Assembly: GCA_964631575.1 (NCBI GenBank)
Contig: CAZVYD010000002.1
Span: forward strand, 1 to 60,330
Length of the DNA: 60,330 nucleotides
DNA from: an uncultured Candidatus Bathyarchaeia archaeon
GTDB lineage: Archaea; Thermoproteota; Bathyarchaeia; 40CM-2-53-6; JALHTG01
Direction: 5' to 3'
Shown: one piece after another, positions 42,875 through 52,796 of the stretch
Numbering within the stretch: position 1 is the stretch's first letter
Layout: every line of letters begins with the position of its first letter
Made by a program: the position numbers and the translations under genes
The notes under the pieces: generated by a model
The model's database searches: none
The model's input: the letters and a program-made list of their open reading frames with translations, nothing else
Told to the model about the DNA's origin: nothing

Positions 42875-44268
42875 TGTCGATGTTCAGCGACATGCCTGTC
42901 GATGTCGGCGTCATATATGAAGGGGAGAGAATCAGGAAGCAAGACATGCATGTGGAATTTGGTGGTCTCGATGTTCCAACAAAGTTCGAACTTGTAAGAG
43001 CTCGTCCTGCCGACAAGGTGGAAGACGGCAATGTGCAGGTCATTGGCCCAGACATCAAGGACCTCAAGGAAGGAGAAAGCTACCCCCTCGGGATATTTGT
43101 AGAGGTTGCAGGAAAGCAGGTTGAGCCCGACCTAGAGGGAGTTTTCGAAAGACGAATCCATGCATACTGTAACTACGTAGAAGGACTGATGCATCTCAAC
43201 CAACGATATGACATCTGGTTGCGGTTAAGCAAGAAATCGCTTCAGAAAGGTTTGAACTCGTTTGCGATATTGGGGAAGATACTAATGAGGCTTTTCAAGA
43301 GCGAGCTTCCGATAATCGAGAGGATTCAGATGACGTTCATCACTGATTCCTCAACTGTTGAGAGGATGCTTTCTGAGGCAAGAAAGGTCTACGATGCCAG
43401 AGATGCTCGAGCACGGGGGCTTAGAGACGAAGAGGTGGACTCCTTCTATGGTTGTGTGTTGTGTCAGTCGTTCGCTCCAGCTCATGTCTGTGTGATAGCT
43501 CCACAGAGGTACGCAAATTGCGGGGCGATTAGCTGGTTCGAAGGAAGAGCTTCAGCGAGAATAGATCCGAAAGGGCCAGTGTTCAGAATCGAGCGCGGCG
43601 GGATCTTGGATCCCCTTCGGGGCGAATTCTCTGGTGTTAACGAGGCTGTGAAGGAAAAATCACTTGGCGAGGTGACCCGAGTGTATCTCTACTCCGCGTT
43701 TGGCTTTCCCCACACATCATGCGGATGCTTTGAGGCAACGGCTTTCTACATACCGGAGGTTGAAGGCTTCGGAATCGTGCAGAGGGATTTTGTGGGGCCA
43801 ACCGTGAATGGACTTCCATTCTCAACGATGGCTGACTCAACAGCCGGTGGAAGGCAAATAGATGGCTTCCACGGCCTCTCCATCGAGTATATGAGGTCTC
43901 CCAAGTTCTTACAAGCTGATGGCGGTTGGGAACGCATCGCATGGATACCCTCGAAGCTGAAAGAGAGAGTCAGGGAGTTCATACCGCAAGACTTAGTGGG
44001 GAGAATACCCACAGAAAACGATGTCAAGAACGTTGACGAACTGAGGAGCTTCCTTCAGGCTAGAAATCATCCCTTGGCTAGGCAAAGGGCCAAATCTCCA
44101 ATTGAGGTAGTTGCAGAAGCAAAGACAGAGCCTCAGACCTCGCGGGTCATTCAGGCTAAGGGACTGCAGGTTGAATCGATGAGCATAGGCCCCTATAAGA
44201 TAATACTTGAAGACGCGAAGATAACTGCAAGAAGACTTGTCATCAAAGCGGTAGAGAAGAAAGAGTGA
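42874..44268 (+). CDS. cdhC: Acetyl-CoA decarbonylase/synthase beta subunit (A-cluster acetyl-CoA synthase)
   Basis: SFYGCVLCQSFAPAHVCVI and FPHTSCGCFEA (A-cluster Cys ligands). GTG start overlapping the cdhB stop. Confidence 0.9.
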   Translation: MSMFSDMPVDVGVIYEGERIRKQDMHVEFGGLDVPTKFELVRARPADKVEDGNVQVIGPDIKDLKEGESYPLGIFVEVAGKQVEPDLEGVFERRIHAYCNYVEGLMHLNQRYDIWLRLSKKSLQKGLNSFAILGKILMRLFKSELPIIERIQMTFITDSSTVERMLSEARKVYDARDARARGLRDEEVDSFYGCVLCQSFAPAHVCVIAPQRYANCGAISWFEGRASARIDPKGPVFRIERGGILDPLRGEFSGVNEAVKEKSLGEVTRVYLYSAFGFPHTSCGCFEATAFYIPEVEGFGIVQRDFVGPTVNGLPFSTMADSTAGGRQIDGFHGLSIEYMRSPKFLQADGGWERIAWIPSKLKERVREFIPQDLVGRIPTENDVKNVDELRSFLQARNHPLARQRAKSPIEVVAEAKTEPQTSRVIQAKGLQVESMSIGPYKIILEDAKITARRLVIKAVEKKE

Positions 44269-45485
44269 ATGAAAGGTTGGCCAAAGAGGGCGAGAAAAAG
44301 GCCCGTCTCAAGCTCAGTTCAAAGATCCTTGAGCTTTTGCGAAAGCACAGCGAAGTGGAACTGGAAAATGTGGAAATTGACGTGGGAGACCTTGAGATAT
44401 GGCTTCAGCCATCGGCGGAAGGTATTCAAATTTCACAGGTTGTCTCTCCCGCGACAAGAGTCAGGCCTGCCGAGACTCTGAAGACTGAATTTGTGCGCCC
44501 CCTGAGACAATACCCTGGATCCATCGTCGAAGTTAAGCTAGGTGCAACGAAAGCTGAGGGGGGCACACGTGGAAGAACCTTTGTTCTTGGCGGAGAGAAG
44601 ACTCCCCCATTCTATCTTTCGGAGGAAACGATGCCTCACCTCCCCGTCATTGCGCTTGATGTCTTTGATACGGAGATAAGACTTGCCAAAGCAGTGAAGA
44701 CTCATGTTGAAGAGGTTCTAAATGACCCTGCTGAGTGGGCCAAGCTTTCGGTTGAGAGATTCGGAGCTGACATGATCAATCTTCACCTCATCAGTATCGA
44801 TCCGTTGATCAAAGATACATCGCCTGCGACGGCAGTGAATACCGTCGAGAAGGTCCTCCAAGCTGTGGATGTCCCACTCACAATCGGAGGATGCGGAGAT
44901 CCGCAGAAGGATCTAAGGGTTTTCGAGAAGGTTGCAGAGGCTACGAAAGGAGAGCGGATACTCTTCAACTCTGTAACCCTTGACATGGACGTGAAGAAGA
45001 CAGCTGAACTCATCAGAAGATCTGGTCATGCAGCACTTGCGTTCACTCCAATGGACATGAATAAAGCTCGTGAGCTCAACAGAAAACTCTACGAGTACTT
45101 ACCACGCGAAGACATTGTGATAGACACAACGACAGCTGCCCTCGGCTATGGTCTAGATTATGCGTTCTCGATCATGGAGCGGACAAGACTGGCAGGACTC
45201 ATGGGCGACCAAGAGCTTCAGCATCCTATGGCGTCGGGCGCAAGCAACGCTTGGGCGGCGAGGGAGGCCTGGATGAACCTAGCGCCCGAATGGGGCCCAC
45301 GGGAACTCAGAGGCCCAATGTGGGAAGTGGTGACTGCACTTACGCTTCTCTTGGCGGGCGTCGACTACTTCATGATAATGCACCCGGCGGCTGCAAGAAC
45401 TGTGCGGGACGTTACTGCCCAGCTCGTCTCACGCTGTCAGGAAGATCCTGGGAATTGGGTAAGTTGGGTAACCACGAAACTCTAG
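44265..45485 (+). CDS. cdhD: Acetyl-CoA decarbonylase/synthase delta subunit (corrinoid protein small subunit)
   Basis: 406 aa. It holds the TIM-barrel-type CdhD position between cdhC and cdhE, and contains segments such as LTIGGCGDP and GADMINLHL. Confidence 0.8.
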   Translation: MNERLAKEGEKKARLKLSSKILELLRKHSEVELENVEIDVGDLEIWLQPSAEGIQISQVVSPATRVRPAETLKTEFVRPLRQYPGSIVEVKLGATKAEGGTRGRTFVLGGEKTPPFYLSEETMPHLPVIALDVFDTEIRLAKAVKTHVEEVLNDPAEWAKLSVERFGADMINLHLISIDPLIKDTSPATAVNTVEKVLQAVDVPLTIGGCGDPQKDLRVFEKVAEATKGERILFNSVTLDMDVKKTAELIRRSGHAALAFTPMDMNKARELNRKLYEYLPREDIVIDTTTAALGYGLDYAFSIMERTRLAGLMGDQELQHPMASGASNAWAAREAWMNLAPEWGPRELRGPMWEVVTALTLLLAGVDYFMIMHPAAARTVRDVTAQLVSRCQEDPGNWVSWVTTKL

Positions 45486-45494
45486 GGGAGAGCC

Positions 45495-46898
45495 ATGGCC
45501 ACGAGAGAACTCAGTCCCATCGACGTATACACGCTGCTTCCAAAGACAAACTGCAAGCTATGCGGCGAAGAGAACTGCATGGCTTTTGCAACTAAGATAG
45601 TGAATAGAGTTGTCACACTTGAGCTTTGTCGCCCGTTGTTGGAGGAGCAACATGCCTCAAACTTGGCAAGGCTACAAGAGATGCTCAGACCACCCGTGAG
45701 AGAAATCATCTTAGGAGTGGGCAAGAGAGCAGTGAGGATCGGCGGAAAACTCGTGATGTATCGTCACCAATTCGCGTACTTTAACCCCACTGCAATCGCA
45801 GTTGACATCGACGACGAATCATCAAATGAGGAGATTGAACGAAGAATCAGCAGTGTCAAGTCTCTTTCCTACGATTACATCGGACAGAGATTGAAGCTGG
45901 ATATGGTAGCTCTCAGATGCACTTCGAATGACCCAAAAAGGTTTGGAGCAATCGCCAAGAAAGTTGCTGAACTAACTGAATTGCCCATCGTGCTTTGTTC
46001 ATTAAACCCAGGCATGTTGGAAGCAGCTTTAGCCGTCATGGGAAAAGCGAGGCCACTCATATACGCCGCCACCTCTGAGAACTGGAGTGAGGTGGCGAAA
46101 CTCGCGATTACGTATCGTTGTCCCGTGGCTGCATCGGCACCAGGGGACTTGACCACACTGAGTTCACTGTCGGCGATGCTGCAGGAAAAAGGTGTGGAGG
46201 ACATTGTACTTGATCCGGGAACCTTTTTTGGCGAGGGCCTCGGTCAGACCGTAGACAACTTCACGATGCTGCGTAGAACCGCGTGCGAGGAGGGAAATAG
46301 GGTTCTTGCGTTTCCCCTGATGGGCGTTCCGATGAGCGTATGGTCACAAAGGGGAGAGCTGCCCGAGGTCACAAAGTGGAAAGAATCGTGTCTCATGTCA
46401 ATGCTAATCACGCGATACGCTGACCTTCTGGTGGTTCATAGCCTTGACGGGTGGGTTCTGCTCCCGAACTTGGTACTAAGGCAGAACCTGTACACAGATC
46501 CCAGGAAGCCAGTTGCAGTTGACCCGGGGCTGAGGTCACTTGGAAAACCTACGCAGAAATCCCCGCTACTCTGTACCGCGAACTTCGCTTTAACCTACTA
46601 CACTGTCCTATCTGATATCGAAGCCGCAGCAATAGATTGCCACATGCTTGTCATAGACACGGAGGGGATATCTGTCGAGAGCGCAGTTGCCGGAAGGAAA
46701 CTAACTGCAGACAAGGTAGCGGAGGCAATCAAGACGTTTAAGGTCTCAGAGAAAGTCAGCCACAGGACTCTGATAATTCCGGGAAGAGCGGCCCGACTCA
46801 GCGGAGAGATAGAAGAGGCGACCGGATGGAAGATTCTGGTAGGCCCGATCGACTCGTCAGGAATCTCAAAGTTCCTGCAGGAAAAATGGAAGTCATAA
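45495..46898 (+). CDS. cdhE: Acetyl-CoA decarbonylase/synthase gamma subunit (corrinoid iron-sulfur protein large subunit)
   Basis: N-terminal 4Fe-4S motif KTNCKLCGEENCMAFA. 467 aa. Confidence 0.9.
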   Translation: MATRELSPIDVYTLLPKTNCKLCGEENCMAFATKIVNRVVTLELCRPLLEEQHASNLARLQEMLRPPVREIILGVGKRAVRIGGKLVMYRHQFAYFNPTAIAVDIDDESSNEEIERRISSVKSLSYDYIGQRLKLDMVALRCTSNDPKRFGAIAKKVAELTELPIVLCSLNPGMLEAALAVMGKARPLIYAATSENWSEVAKLAITYRCPVAASAPGDLTTLSSLSAMLQEKGVEDIVLDPGTFFGEGLGQTVDNFTMLRRTACEEGNRVLAFPLMGVPMSVWSQRGELPEVTKWKESCLMSMLITRYADLLVVHSLDGWVLLPNLVLRQNLYTDPRKPVAVDPGLRSLGKPTQKSPLLCTANFALTYYTVLSDIEAAAIDCHMLVIDTEGISVESAVAGRKLTADKVAEAIKTFKVSEKVSHRTLIIPGRAARLSGEIEEATGWKILVGPIDSSGISKFLQEKWKS

Positions 46899-46953
46899 GA
46901 TCATCCTAACCAGCCATTATTCTCCTCACTATCATGCCGGATGGCCGAGTCGT

Positions 46954-47421
46954 ATGGAGATCCGGAAATACATGGATTGGGTCCACTTCTATTTGATTGC
47001 ATTCTCTGTTGCCGTTGTGTTCTCGGCGGCCGTGGCTGCGTCTGTCACGAGTACTGTCATCTTCGAGTCCTCCGGGTTCACTTTCGAACAGGGACTCTAT
47101 CTCGAATACATTAGAAAGGAAGTTGAGCGATCGATTCCACCAGCGATCGCTCTTGACTGCGTAGTTCTCTTTCTTGAGTACAAGTTTCTCTCTCGTCTAG
47201 AGAGGAGGAGGGAAATCAAGAAAGCTATTGATCTTACGATCAGCACATACATTGTGACATTCGCGTTGTGGCTCAGCTACACAATGTTTCATGGACTTTC
47301 AGGAGATTATCCACCGATGACAGTGGCTGTCATATGGCTCTCGCTAGGCAACATGGTAGCATGTGGAGCATTCTTCTGTATTACAGCGCAAAGAGAGAAG
47401 AGCAGAAACATGGGGCCGTAA
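46954..47421 (+). CDS. Hypothetical membrane protein (about 4 TM) downstream of cdhE
   Basis: 155-aa ORF with four hydrophobic segments. No family is recognised. Confidence 0.4.
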   Translation: MEIRKYMDWVHFYLIAFSVAVVFSAAVAASVTSTVIFESSGFTFEQGLYLEYIRKEVERSIPPAIALDCVVLFLEYKFLSRLERRREIKKAIDLTISTYIVTFALWLSYTMFHGLSGDYPPMTVAVIWLSLGNMVACGAFFCITAQREKSRNMGP

Positions 47422-47463
47422 CCTGATTCAATCAAAGCCCCCGTGCTGAGACCACTTGCTGTA

Positions 47464-47847
47464 TCACCTTGAAAGCCTTGTCAACCTTGACATGGAATCG
47501 CTCGCTGGTCTCTTGTCTCTCGAATAGTTGTTGACCGACAAGGCTCTCTCCAACGCGGCAATAGTGCCTGCTGACCTGAGAACGAAGAGCGCTGCTTGAT
47601 GTTCACTGACCCTCGTTGTCAAAGCAAGCGCGGCCCTAAGCCTCTCGACCCATTGATGAGAGCATCTGACTATGGCAATCGTTTTTTCTAAGTCATAGGC
47701 TATCAATCGTAGAGAGGCCTCAAGAACTCCATATTCACCAAAGAACTTTCTAAGTGAGTTCTCAATCTCGCTAGACAGCTTTTCTCTTGATGGAGCAACC
47801 TCGGAGGCTATTCTGAGAGCGAGATATCTTCGCGACTGTCTTCTCAT
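47464..47847 (-). CDS. rnp2: RNase P protein component 2 (Pop5 homolog)
   Basis: RRQSRRYLALRIASE... N-terminus, ~125-aa size, and coupling to the Rpp30 gene upstream. Confidence 0.7.
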   Translation of the reverse strand: MRRQSRRYLALRIASEVAPSREKLSSEIENSLRKFFGEYGVLEASLRLIAYDLEKTIAIVRCSHQWVERLRAALALTTRVSEHQAALFVLRSAGTIAALERALSVNNYSRDKRPASDSMSRLTRLSR

Positions 47848-48554
47848 ACCTGTGACCTCACTATTTCTATTCCGTCTGAAATGAATCTCGGCCCTCGTTT
47901 CTCTAGGTTCTCTTGAGCAAGGGAAAATGGGGCGCCCGATACGGCGTCAAGTGCCCGCGCTGTGTCCAAGCCCAGCACTGCGAGGACCGCTGCCATGTCC
48001 TTAGGGCCTCTCATTAGCAACCAGCCTGTCGCGCCACTTGAAGCCACGATGGGCAGATGTTTTCCCCCTGTACTCCATATGATACTAGACGCCCTACGGA
48101 GACTCGATTCACTCACAAAGCCATCCTTCAGCAAATCTGCCACATTGAACTCCACCGGCCTCTTTGATCTCCTAGGTGCCAGTTCACCGATCTTCAACTT
48201 GGGACGGTCCAGTGAGAAGAAGACCAGATCGACCCTGCGGTCTCTAAAAGCAATTGAGGAAACCTGTTTCGCAGAACATTCGACTGCGACAATATCGAAC
48301 AATGGTCTGACCTCTTTAAGAGATTTGAGGAGTTGATTCCTATCCTTTGGGTAAAGATCTACCCTCGAAGCTGTTTCGAGGCCTTGATCTTCAAACAATC
48401 TTGTCGTTGTCAATCTTGCCTCTCTTGAAACTCCAGTTGCAAAGGTGAGTCCGACAAGACGAAATTCCATCTCAGCTGCCAGACTGGCCATTTTCTCAGT
48501 GGCCTTCACGTCTTGAATAGGAGGACGTAGATGAAGGTCAACGAATCGCTTCAA
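47844..48554 (-). CDS. rnp3: RNase P protein component 3 (Rpp30 homolog)
   Basis: MKRFVDLHLRP... start, a PHP/TIM-barrel-like 236-aa protein with FEFNVADLL-type segments. It lies in its conserved operon position with the Pop5 homolog. Confidence 0.75.
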   Translation of the reverse strand: MKRFVDLHLRPPIQDVKATEKMASLAAEMEFRLVGLTFATGVSREARLTTTRLFEDQGLETASRVDLYPKDRNQLLKSLKEVRPLFDIVAVECSAKQVSSIAFRDRRVDLVFFSLDRPKLKIGELAPRRSKRPVEFNVADLLKDGFVSESSLRRASSIIWSTGGKHLPIVASSGATGWLLMRGPKDMAAVLAVLGLDTARALDAVSGAPFSLAQENLEKRGPRFISDGIEIVRSQV

Positions 48555-49006
48555 TCTACCAACCCCATTTCCTTACAAATCGTACGGATGGCCTCGATTG
48601 TGCACAGCCTCCCTTGAAATCTTACTTTGATCCTTATTGGGTCCTCCTGCTTGAAACGAACATCTCCCAGATATGCCGCTTGCTTGTCAAAACGAAGGTA
48701 GAGGTTTCCCTCGCTGTCTACGCATCGACCTAACTCGCCCAAGAGAAGGCTTCTATCAAGTGACGACAATCTTGGCGCCAACTCTTTGATTAAACGTTCC
48801 GCCTTGGTTCGGTCAGATATCGTGGCCTTGAGACTCACAATCGGGTTCCCATGATGCCCAGTCATGTGATCCCGTCCAAAGGTTACTTTATCATGGAAGT
48901 CTCTCGGCAGCAGGCTCTTCACTGCAAGGCACACCTTTTCGATGTCTTCCGTGGCATGCGCGATAGCGCTGAGATCCACGCGGATAGCTCGGGAGAGTTT
49001 CTCCAT
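48551..49006 (-). CDS. Predicted RNA-binding protein (DUF54/COG1931-like, exosome-superoperon associated)
   Basis: 151 aa, with IAHATEDIEKV near the N-terminus. It sits upstream of rnp3/rnp2, as in other archaea. Family recall is moderate. Confidence 0.55.
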   Translation of the reverse strand: MEKLSRAIRVDLSAIAHATEDIEKVCLAVKSLLPRDFHDKVTFGRDHMTGHHGNPIVSLKATISDRTKAERLIKELAPRLSSLDRSLLLGELGRCVDSEGNLYLRFDKQAAYLGDVRFKQEDPIRIKVRFQGRLCTIEAIRTICKEMGLVD

Positions 49007-49164
49007 ACTTCACCCTCATTGAACCAGCGGATTTCCTAATCTCATTGACTTGGGTTTTTTCAGGGACGCCGCTACATATAACCCTCGTGCAGAATTCTCA
49101 TTCCGGCGCGGCTCGTATGCGCCTAGGAAATCCTTAACAGTTTCGGATTGAAGTACGCCTCTTG

Positions 49165-49539
49165 ATGGCTTTGAGTCTCGGCGAGTTCAAATATAAAATG
49201 GTCATTGCTGTGAGGACTGATCTCCAAATGCGTAGAGGCAAGATCGCGGTACAGGTTGCTCACGCCGCTGTATCTGCACTAGAGGAGGCAAGAAAGGAAC
49301 ATCGCGACTGGGCGGAAGCATGGCTGAACGAAGGGCAATGCAAGATCGCCGTCAGAGTGAGATCCGAAACAGATTTGCTAAGGCTACGGGAAGAGGCACT
49401 CAGTCTGAGCTTTCCCACGGTGCTCATTCACGATAAAGGGCTGACGCAGGTGCCTCCAAACGCGGTGACCTGCATTGGAATTGGACCCTGTCCCGCCGAG
49501 TTCGTTGACAAGTTGACGCGCCACCTGAAACTACTCTGA
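49165..49539 (+). CDS. pth: Peptidyl-tRNA hydrolase, archaeal type (Pth2)
   Basis: KMVIAVRTDLQMRRGKIAVQVAHAAV, KIAVRV, DKGLTQVPPNAVTCIGIGP and a C-terminal LKLL. Confidence 0.9.
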   Translation: MALSLGEFKYKMVIAVRTDLQMRRGKIAVQVAHAAVSALEEARKEHRDWAEAWLNEGQCKIAVRVRSETDLLRLREEALSLSFPTVLIHDKGLTQVPPNAVTCIGIGPCPAEFVDKLTRHLKLL

Positions 49540-49658
49540 GCGCTACAGGTTCTGACTCGTTTCATGGTATCTTCGTGAATGGAATTCCTCCCCACAAGAA
49601 TCTGAAGACATTTCTCATGCGACTGAAAACATGAAGGCCGCCAGTTCAATGAAAGTGG

Positions 49659-49916
49659 CTATCGGCTAGAATGTCTTGGTGTTCTTCTTGGTCTTTTGCC
49701 AGGCTTCGAAAGGCCTTTAATCCATGCCTTGACGGTTTTCACATTCTCCTCTAGCTTGGTCCTTCGTCTCGGATCGACTCCTATGGATAGCTTCCTAGCT
49801 CTTGTTGGGGAGATCCCGGCCTCCTTCAGTTCTGCCTCAGAGAAGCCTCTACCTTCCCTCGTTTTGAATGTGCCTTGGACATGTCTGACCACGATAGGTC
49901 TTGGTATTTCTGCCAT
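49659..49916 (-). CDS. rpl13e: Ribosomal protein eL13 (L13e)
   Basis: The REGRGFSEAELKEAGISPTRARKLSIGVDPRRR motif fits eL13. 85 aa, as in crenarchaeal homologs. Confidence 0.75.
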   Translation of the reverse strand: MAEIPRPIVVRHVQGTFKTREGRGFSEAELKEAGISPTRARKLSIGVDPRRRTKLEENVKTVKAWIKGLSKPGKRPRRTPRHSSR

Positions 49917-49974
49917 GAGTGAGTCGCCTTCACATTCCTATGCTGATGCCCGTCTTTCTTGGGTGAGATGCCTT

Positions 49975-50409
49975 CTAGGTCCCATCTTTAGCCGCAGGAT
50001 GAGTGGGATCAACAAGGACAGCTTCAAACCATGTGCTCCTTCCGTCCTCCCACACCCAATATGAGTTGAGAACTCTAAGGTTCGGAAACTTTCTAGCCAC
50101 TCGACCTTCAGCAATTTCCTTATGGCTCTTGGCTCGAGTATACTTGACCACGCCCATTGCTTTCTGCCTTCTCCCAGACCTTGGCCGAGGCTTACGCGCG
50201 CCTCCCTTTCTGACCCTCACTCTCACGACGACGAAGCCTTGCTTCGCTCGGTACCCAAGACTTCTTGCCCGATCAGGTCTAGTCGGCCTGTCAACTCGAC
50301 AAATTACAGGCTCGCCTCTCCATCTAATCGCGGCGTCTCGCATAGACTCCTCTACGTAGGATGCGGAAGGCTTCTTCCAAACCTGTGACATGTATTTGTA
50401 TGCGCCCAT
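49975..50409 (-). CDS. rpl15e: Ribosomal protein eL15 (L15e), short form
   Basis: MGAYKYMSQVWKKP..., RPTRPDRARSLGYRAKQGFVVVRVRVRKGG and NSYWVWEDG..WFEAVLVDPTHP. It ends shortly after the HP motif. Confidence 0.85.
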   Translation of the reverse strand: MGAYKYMSQVWKKPSASYVEESMRDAAIRWRGEPVICRVDRPTRPDRARSLGYRAKQGFVVVRVRVRKGGARKPRPRSGRRQKAMGVVKYTRAKSHKEIAEGRVARKFPNLRVLNSYWVWEDGRSTWFEAVLVDPTHPAAKDGT

Positions 50410-50521
50410 AAGCGTCTCCCAAGCCACCAAACGCGATCTGTCTTCAGTCTTTCTGTCGGAACGCCTATGGTTCCAATGAACAGCTCATAAATGTTGCGTG
50501 CCCCAACTCAGGTGCAGTCTT

Positions 50522-51472
50522 TCAACCTCTGCGATAGTACGGTCGCCTTAAATGGCAAAATGCCTCCGTTGCCGCAACCGCTCCTTGACCGACAGCAGTC
50601 GAAATCTGTTTCACGGGGAAACAGGTAACGTCACCGACTGCGAAGACTCCATTGATACTTGTTTCCTGGCGGTCATTGACGAGGATGAATCCTTCTCCAT
50701 CGACTTTGGCGCCGAGGTCTACAGCCAGCTCACTATTCGGGATCTCACCCGCTTCTACAAACAGGCCGTCTACTTGCAGCTCAGACCGCTCATCAGTGAC
50801 TTTGTTGCGGATATGAATCGACTGCAACTTCTGTTCGCCTTTGAGTCCTAAGATTTCATGATCTAACAGCATGCGTACACCTTTGTCCTTGATTGCCTTG
50901 ATCCATGCCTGCTCGGCCCTTAGTTCTCCTCTTCTGTGGATCAAGTATACTTGGCGTGCTATACCCGCCATGTACACGGCCGATGATGCGGCTGAGTTCC
51001 CGCCACCGGCAACTGCGACGGTCTTCCCTCTGAAGAATGCTCCGTCGCAGAGAGCGCAGTAGCTCACGCCACGACCCTTCAGTTCCTCTTCTCCTTTCAC
51101 GCCTAAGGGCCTATGTACCGCACCGGTCGCTAAGACGAGTGCGCCACACGAGTAGTTTGTCCTATCTGTCTTGACAGAGAATAGCTCACCCTTTACTTCA
51201 ACTGACTGTGCCGTTTCTATTTCGTGGATCTCGGCTCCTGCCCTTCTCGTCTGCTCAGTCATCTTGGCTGCTAGATCGAGGCCGGAGACACCTTCTGAGA
51301 ATCCCGGATAGTTCTCTACGACAGGTATCTCGGATAAGAGCCCTCCAGTGGTCTTCTCTTCCAGCAAGAGCGTTGACAGACCGCTTCTTGAACCATAGAG
51401 CGCCGCCGTCAACCCAGCAGGCCCGCCGCCGACTATTATGAGATCCCAATTGCTCATCGCCATGCGACCCAA
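50522..51472 (-). CDS. trxB: Thioredoxin-disulfide reductase
   Basis: WDLIIVGGGPAG (FAD motif), redox-active CALCDG, a second dinucleotide motif VAVAGGGNSA, and GVFAVGDV. The true start may be the internal ATG at 51457. Confidence 0.85.
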   Translation of the reverse strand: MGRMAMSNWDLIIVGGGPAGLTAALYGSRSGLSTLLLEEKTTGGLLSEIPVVENYPGFSEGVSGLDLAAKMTEQTRRAGAEIHEIETAQSVEVKGELFSVKTDRTNYSCGALVLATGAVHRPLGVKGEEELKGRGVSYCALCDGAFFRGKTVAVAGGGNSAASSAVYMAGIARQVYLIHRRGELRAEQAWIKAIKDKGVRMLLDHEILGLKGEQKLQSIHIRNKVTDERSELQVDGLFVEAGEIPNSELAVDLGAKVDGEGFILVNDRQETSINGVFAVGDVTCFPVKQISTAVGQGAVAATEAFCHLRRPYYRRG

Positions 51473-51578
51473 GGTGACAGACCTGTCACGTCTTTATTAA
51501 AGAGTTCATTCTCAAACAAGACAGCATCTTGCGCGGTATGACCAGTTCGCCACTGCTGATGGGCTAGGAGAACTGAAA

Positions 51579-52790
51579 TTGGGAAATATCGTCGGGGTGG
51601 TCGGCAAGCCTAACGTTGGAAAGTCAACGTTTTTCTCAGCTGCCACACTAGTTTCAGTTCCAATTGCGAATTACCCTTTCACAACAATCAAGCCGAACCG
51701 CGGCATGGGATATGTTAGAACACCCTGCGTCTGTACCGAGTTCAATGTCAAGGATGAACCTGCGAACTCAGCGTGTCTCAACGGAATCAGGTTAATCCCG
51801 GTTGAGATCATCGACTGTGCAGGGCTCGTTCCTGACGCATGGAAAGGGCGGGGCTTAGGAAACCAGTTCCTTGACGAAATAAGACGGGCAGATGCCCTCA
51901 TTCACATAGTGGATGCTGCTGGAGCAACAGATATCGAAGGAAAGCAATGTGAACCTGGAACGCATGATCCTCTTGATGACATCAAATTTCTTGAAAAAGA
52001 GCTGGACATGTGGCTCTTCCAAATAGCCAAGAAAGACTGGGATAAAGTTGCCCGAAGAGCCGAAGGAGCAAAAGAGGATCTCCCCTTGGTGCTTGAGGAC
52101 CGCCTCAGTGGCCTTGCAATCAACAGAAGCCACGTCTCAAATGCTCTCGAAAAAGCTGACCTGAACGCAGAAAACCCGACTGCTTGGAATGATGAAGACC
52201 TGGTCCGATTGATGCATGAAGTTCGCAGGCAATCGAAGCCGATGCTGATAGCAGCCAACAAGATCGACTTACCCCACGCAGAAGAAAACGTTGAGAGGTT
52301 GAGAAGTTCGGGGCATAGCGTCGTTCCCTGCTGCGCGGAGGCGGAGCTAGCGCTGAGAAGAGCTGCCGAAAGGGGCTTGACGGACTACAAGCCAGGAGAC
52401 AGCAACTTCAACATATTGAAGCCATCAGAGCTGAAGCCGGAGCAGGCTTCTGCTCTTGACACGATCAAAGAGAAGATTCTGATGAAGTGGGGGTCCACGG
52501 GAGTTCAGGAGAGCATAAACTTCGCCTTTTTCAAACTTCTTGAGATGATAACGATATATCCAGTTGAAGATGCTGAAAAACTAACTGACCATAAGGGACG
52601 AGTTCTTCCCGATGCATACTTGGCGAGGTACGGCACCACCGCGAAACAGTTCGCCTACATGATACATTCAGATCTGGGAGAAGGATTCATCTTTGGGATT
52701 GAGGCCAGATCGAAGATGCGAATAGGAGAAGACTACTTACTGAAGGATCGAGATGTCATCTCAATAGCGAGCGCAAAGAAGAGGGGCTGA
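51579..52790 (+). CDS. Obg-like GTPase/ATPase (YchF/Ygr210 group) with a C-terminal TGS-like domain
   Basis: G1 GKPNVGKST, YPFTT, G3 DCAGLV and G4 ANKIDL. The C-terminal segment DRDVISI fits the TGS fold. Confidence 0.8.
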   Translation: MGNIVGVVGKPNVGKSTFFSAATLVSVPIANYPFTTIKPNRGMGYVRTPCVCTEFNVKDEPANSACLNGIRLIPVEIIDCAGLVPDAWKGRGLGNQFLDEIRRADALIHIVDAAGATDIEGKQCEPGTHDPLDDIKFLEKELDMWLFQIAKKDWDKVARRAEGAKEDLPLVLEDRLSGLAINRSHVSNALEKADLNAENPTAWNDEDLVRLMHEVRRQSKPMLIAANKIDLPHAEENVERLRSSGHSVVPCCAEAELALRRAAERGLTDYKPGDSNFNILKPSELKPEQASALDTIKEKILMKWGSTGVQESINFAFFKLLEMITIYPVEDAEKLTDHKGRVLPDAYLARYGTTAKQFAYMIHSDLGEGFIFGIEARSKMRIGEDYLLKDRDVISIASAKKRG

Positions 52791-52796
52791 GGGAGA

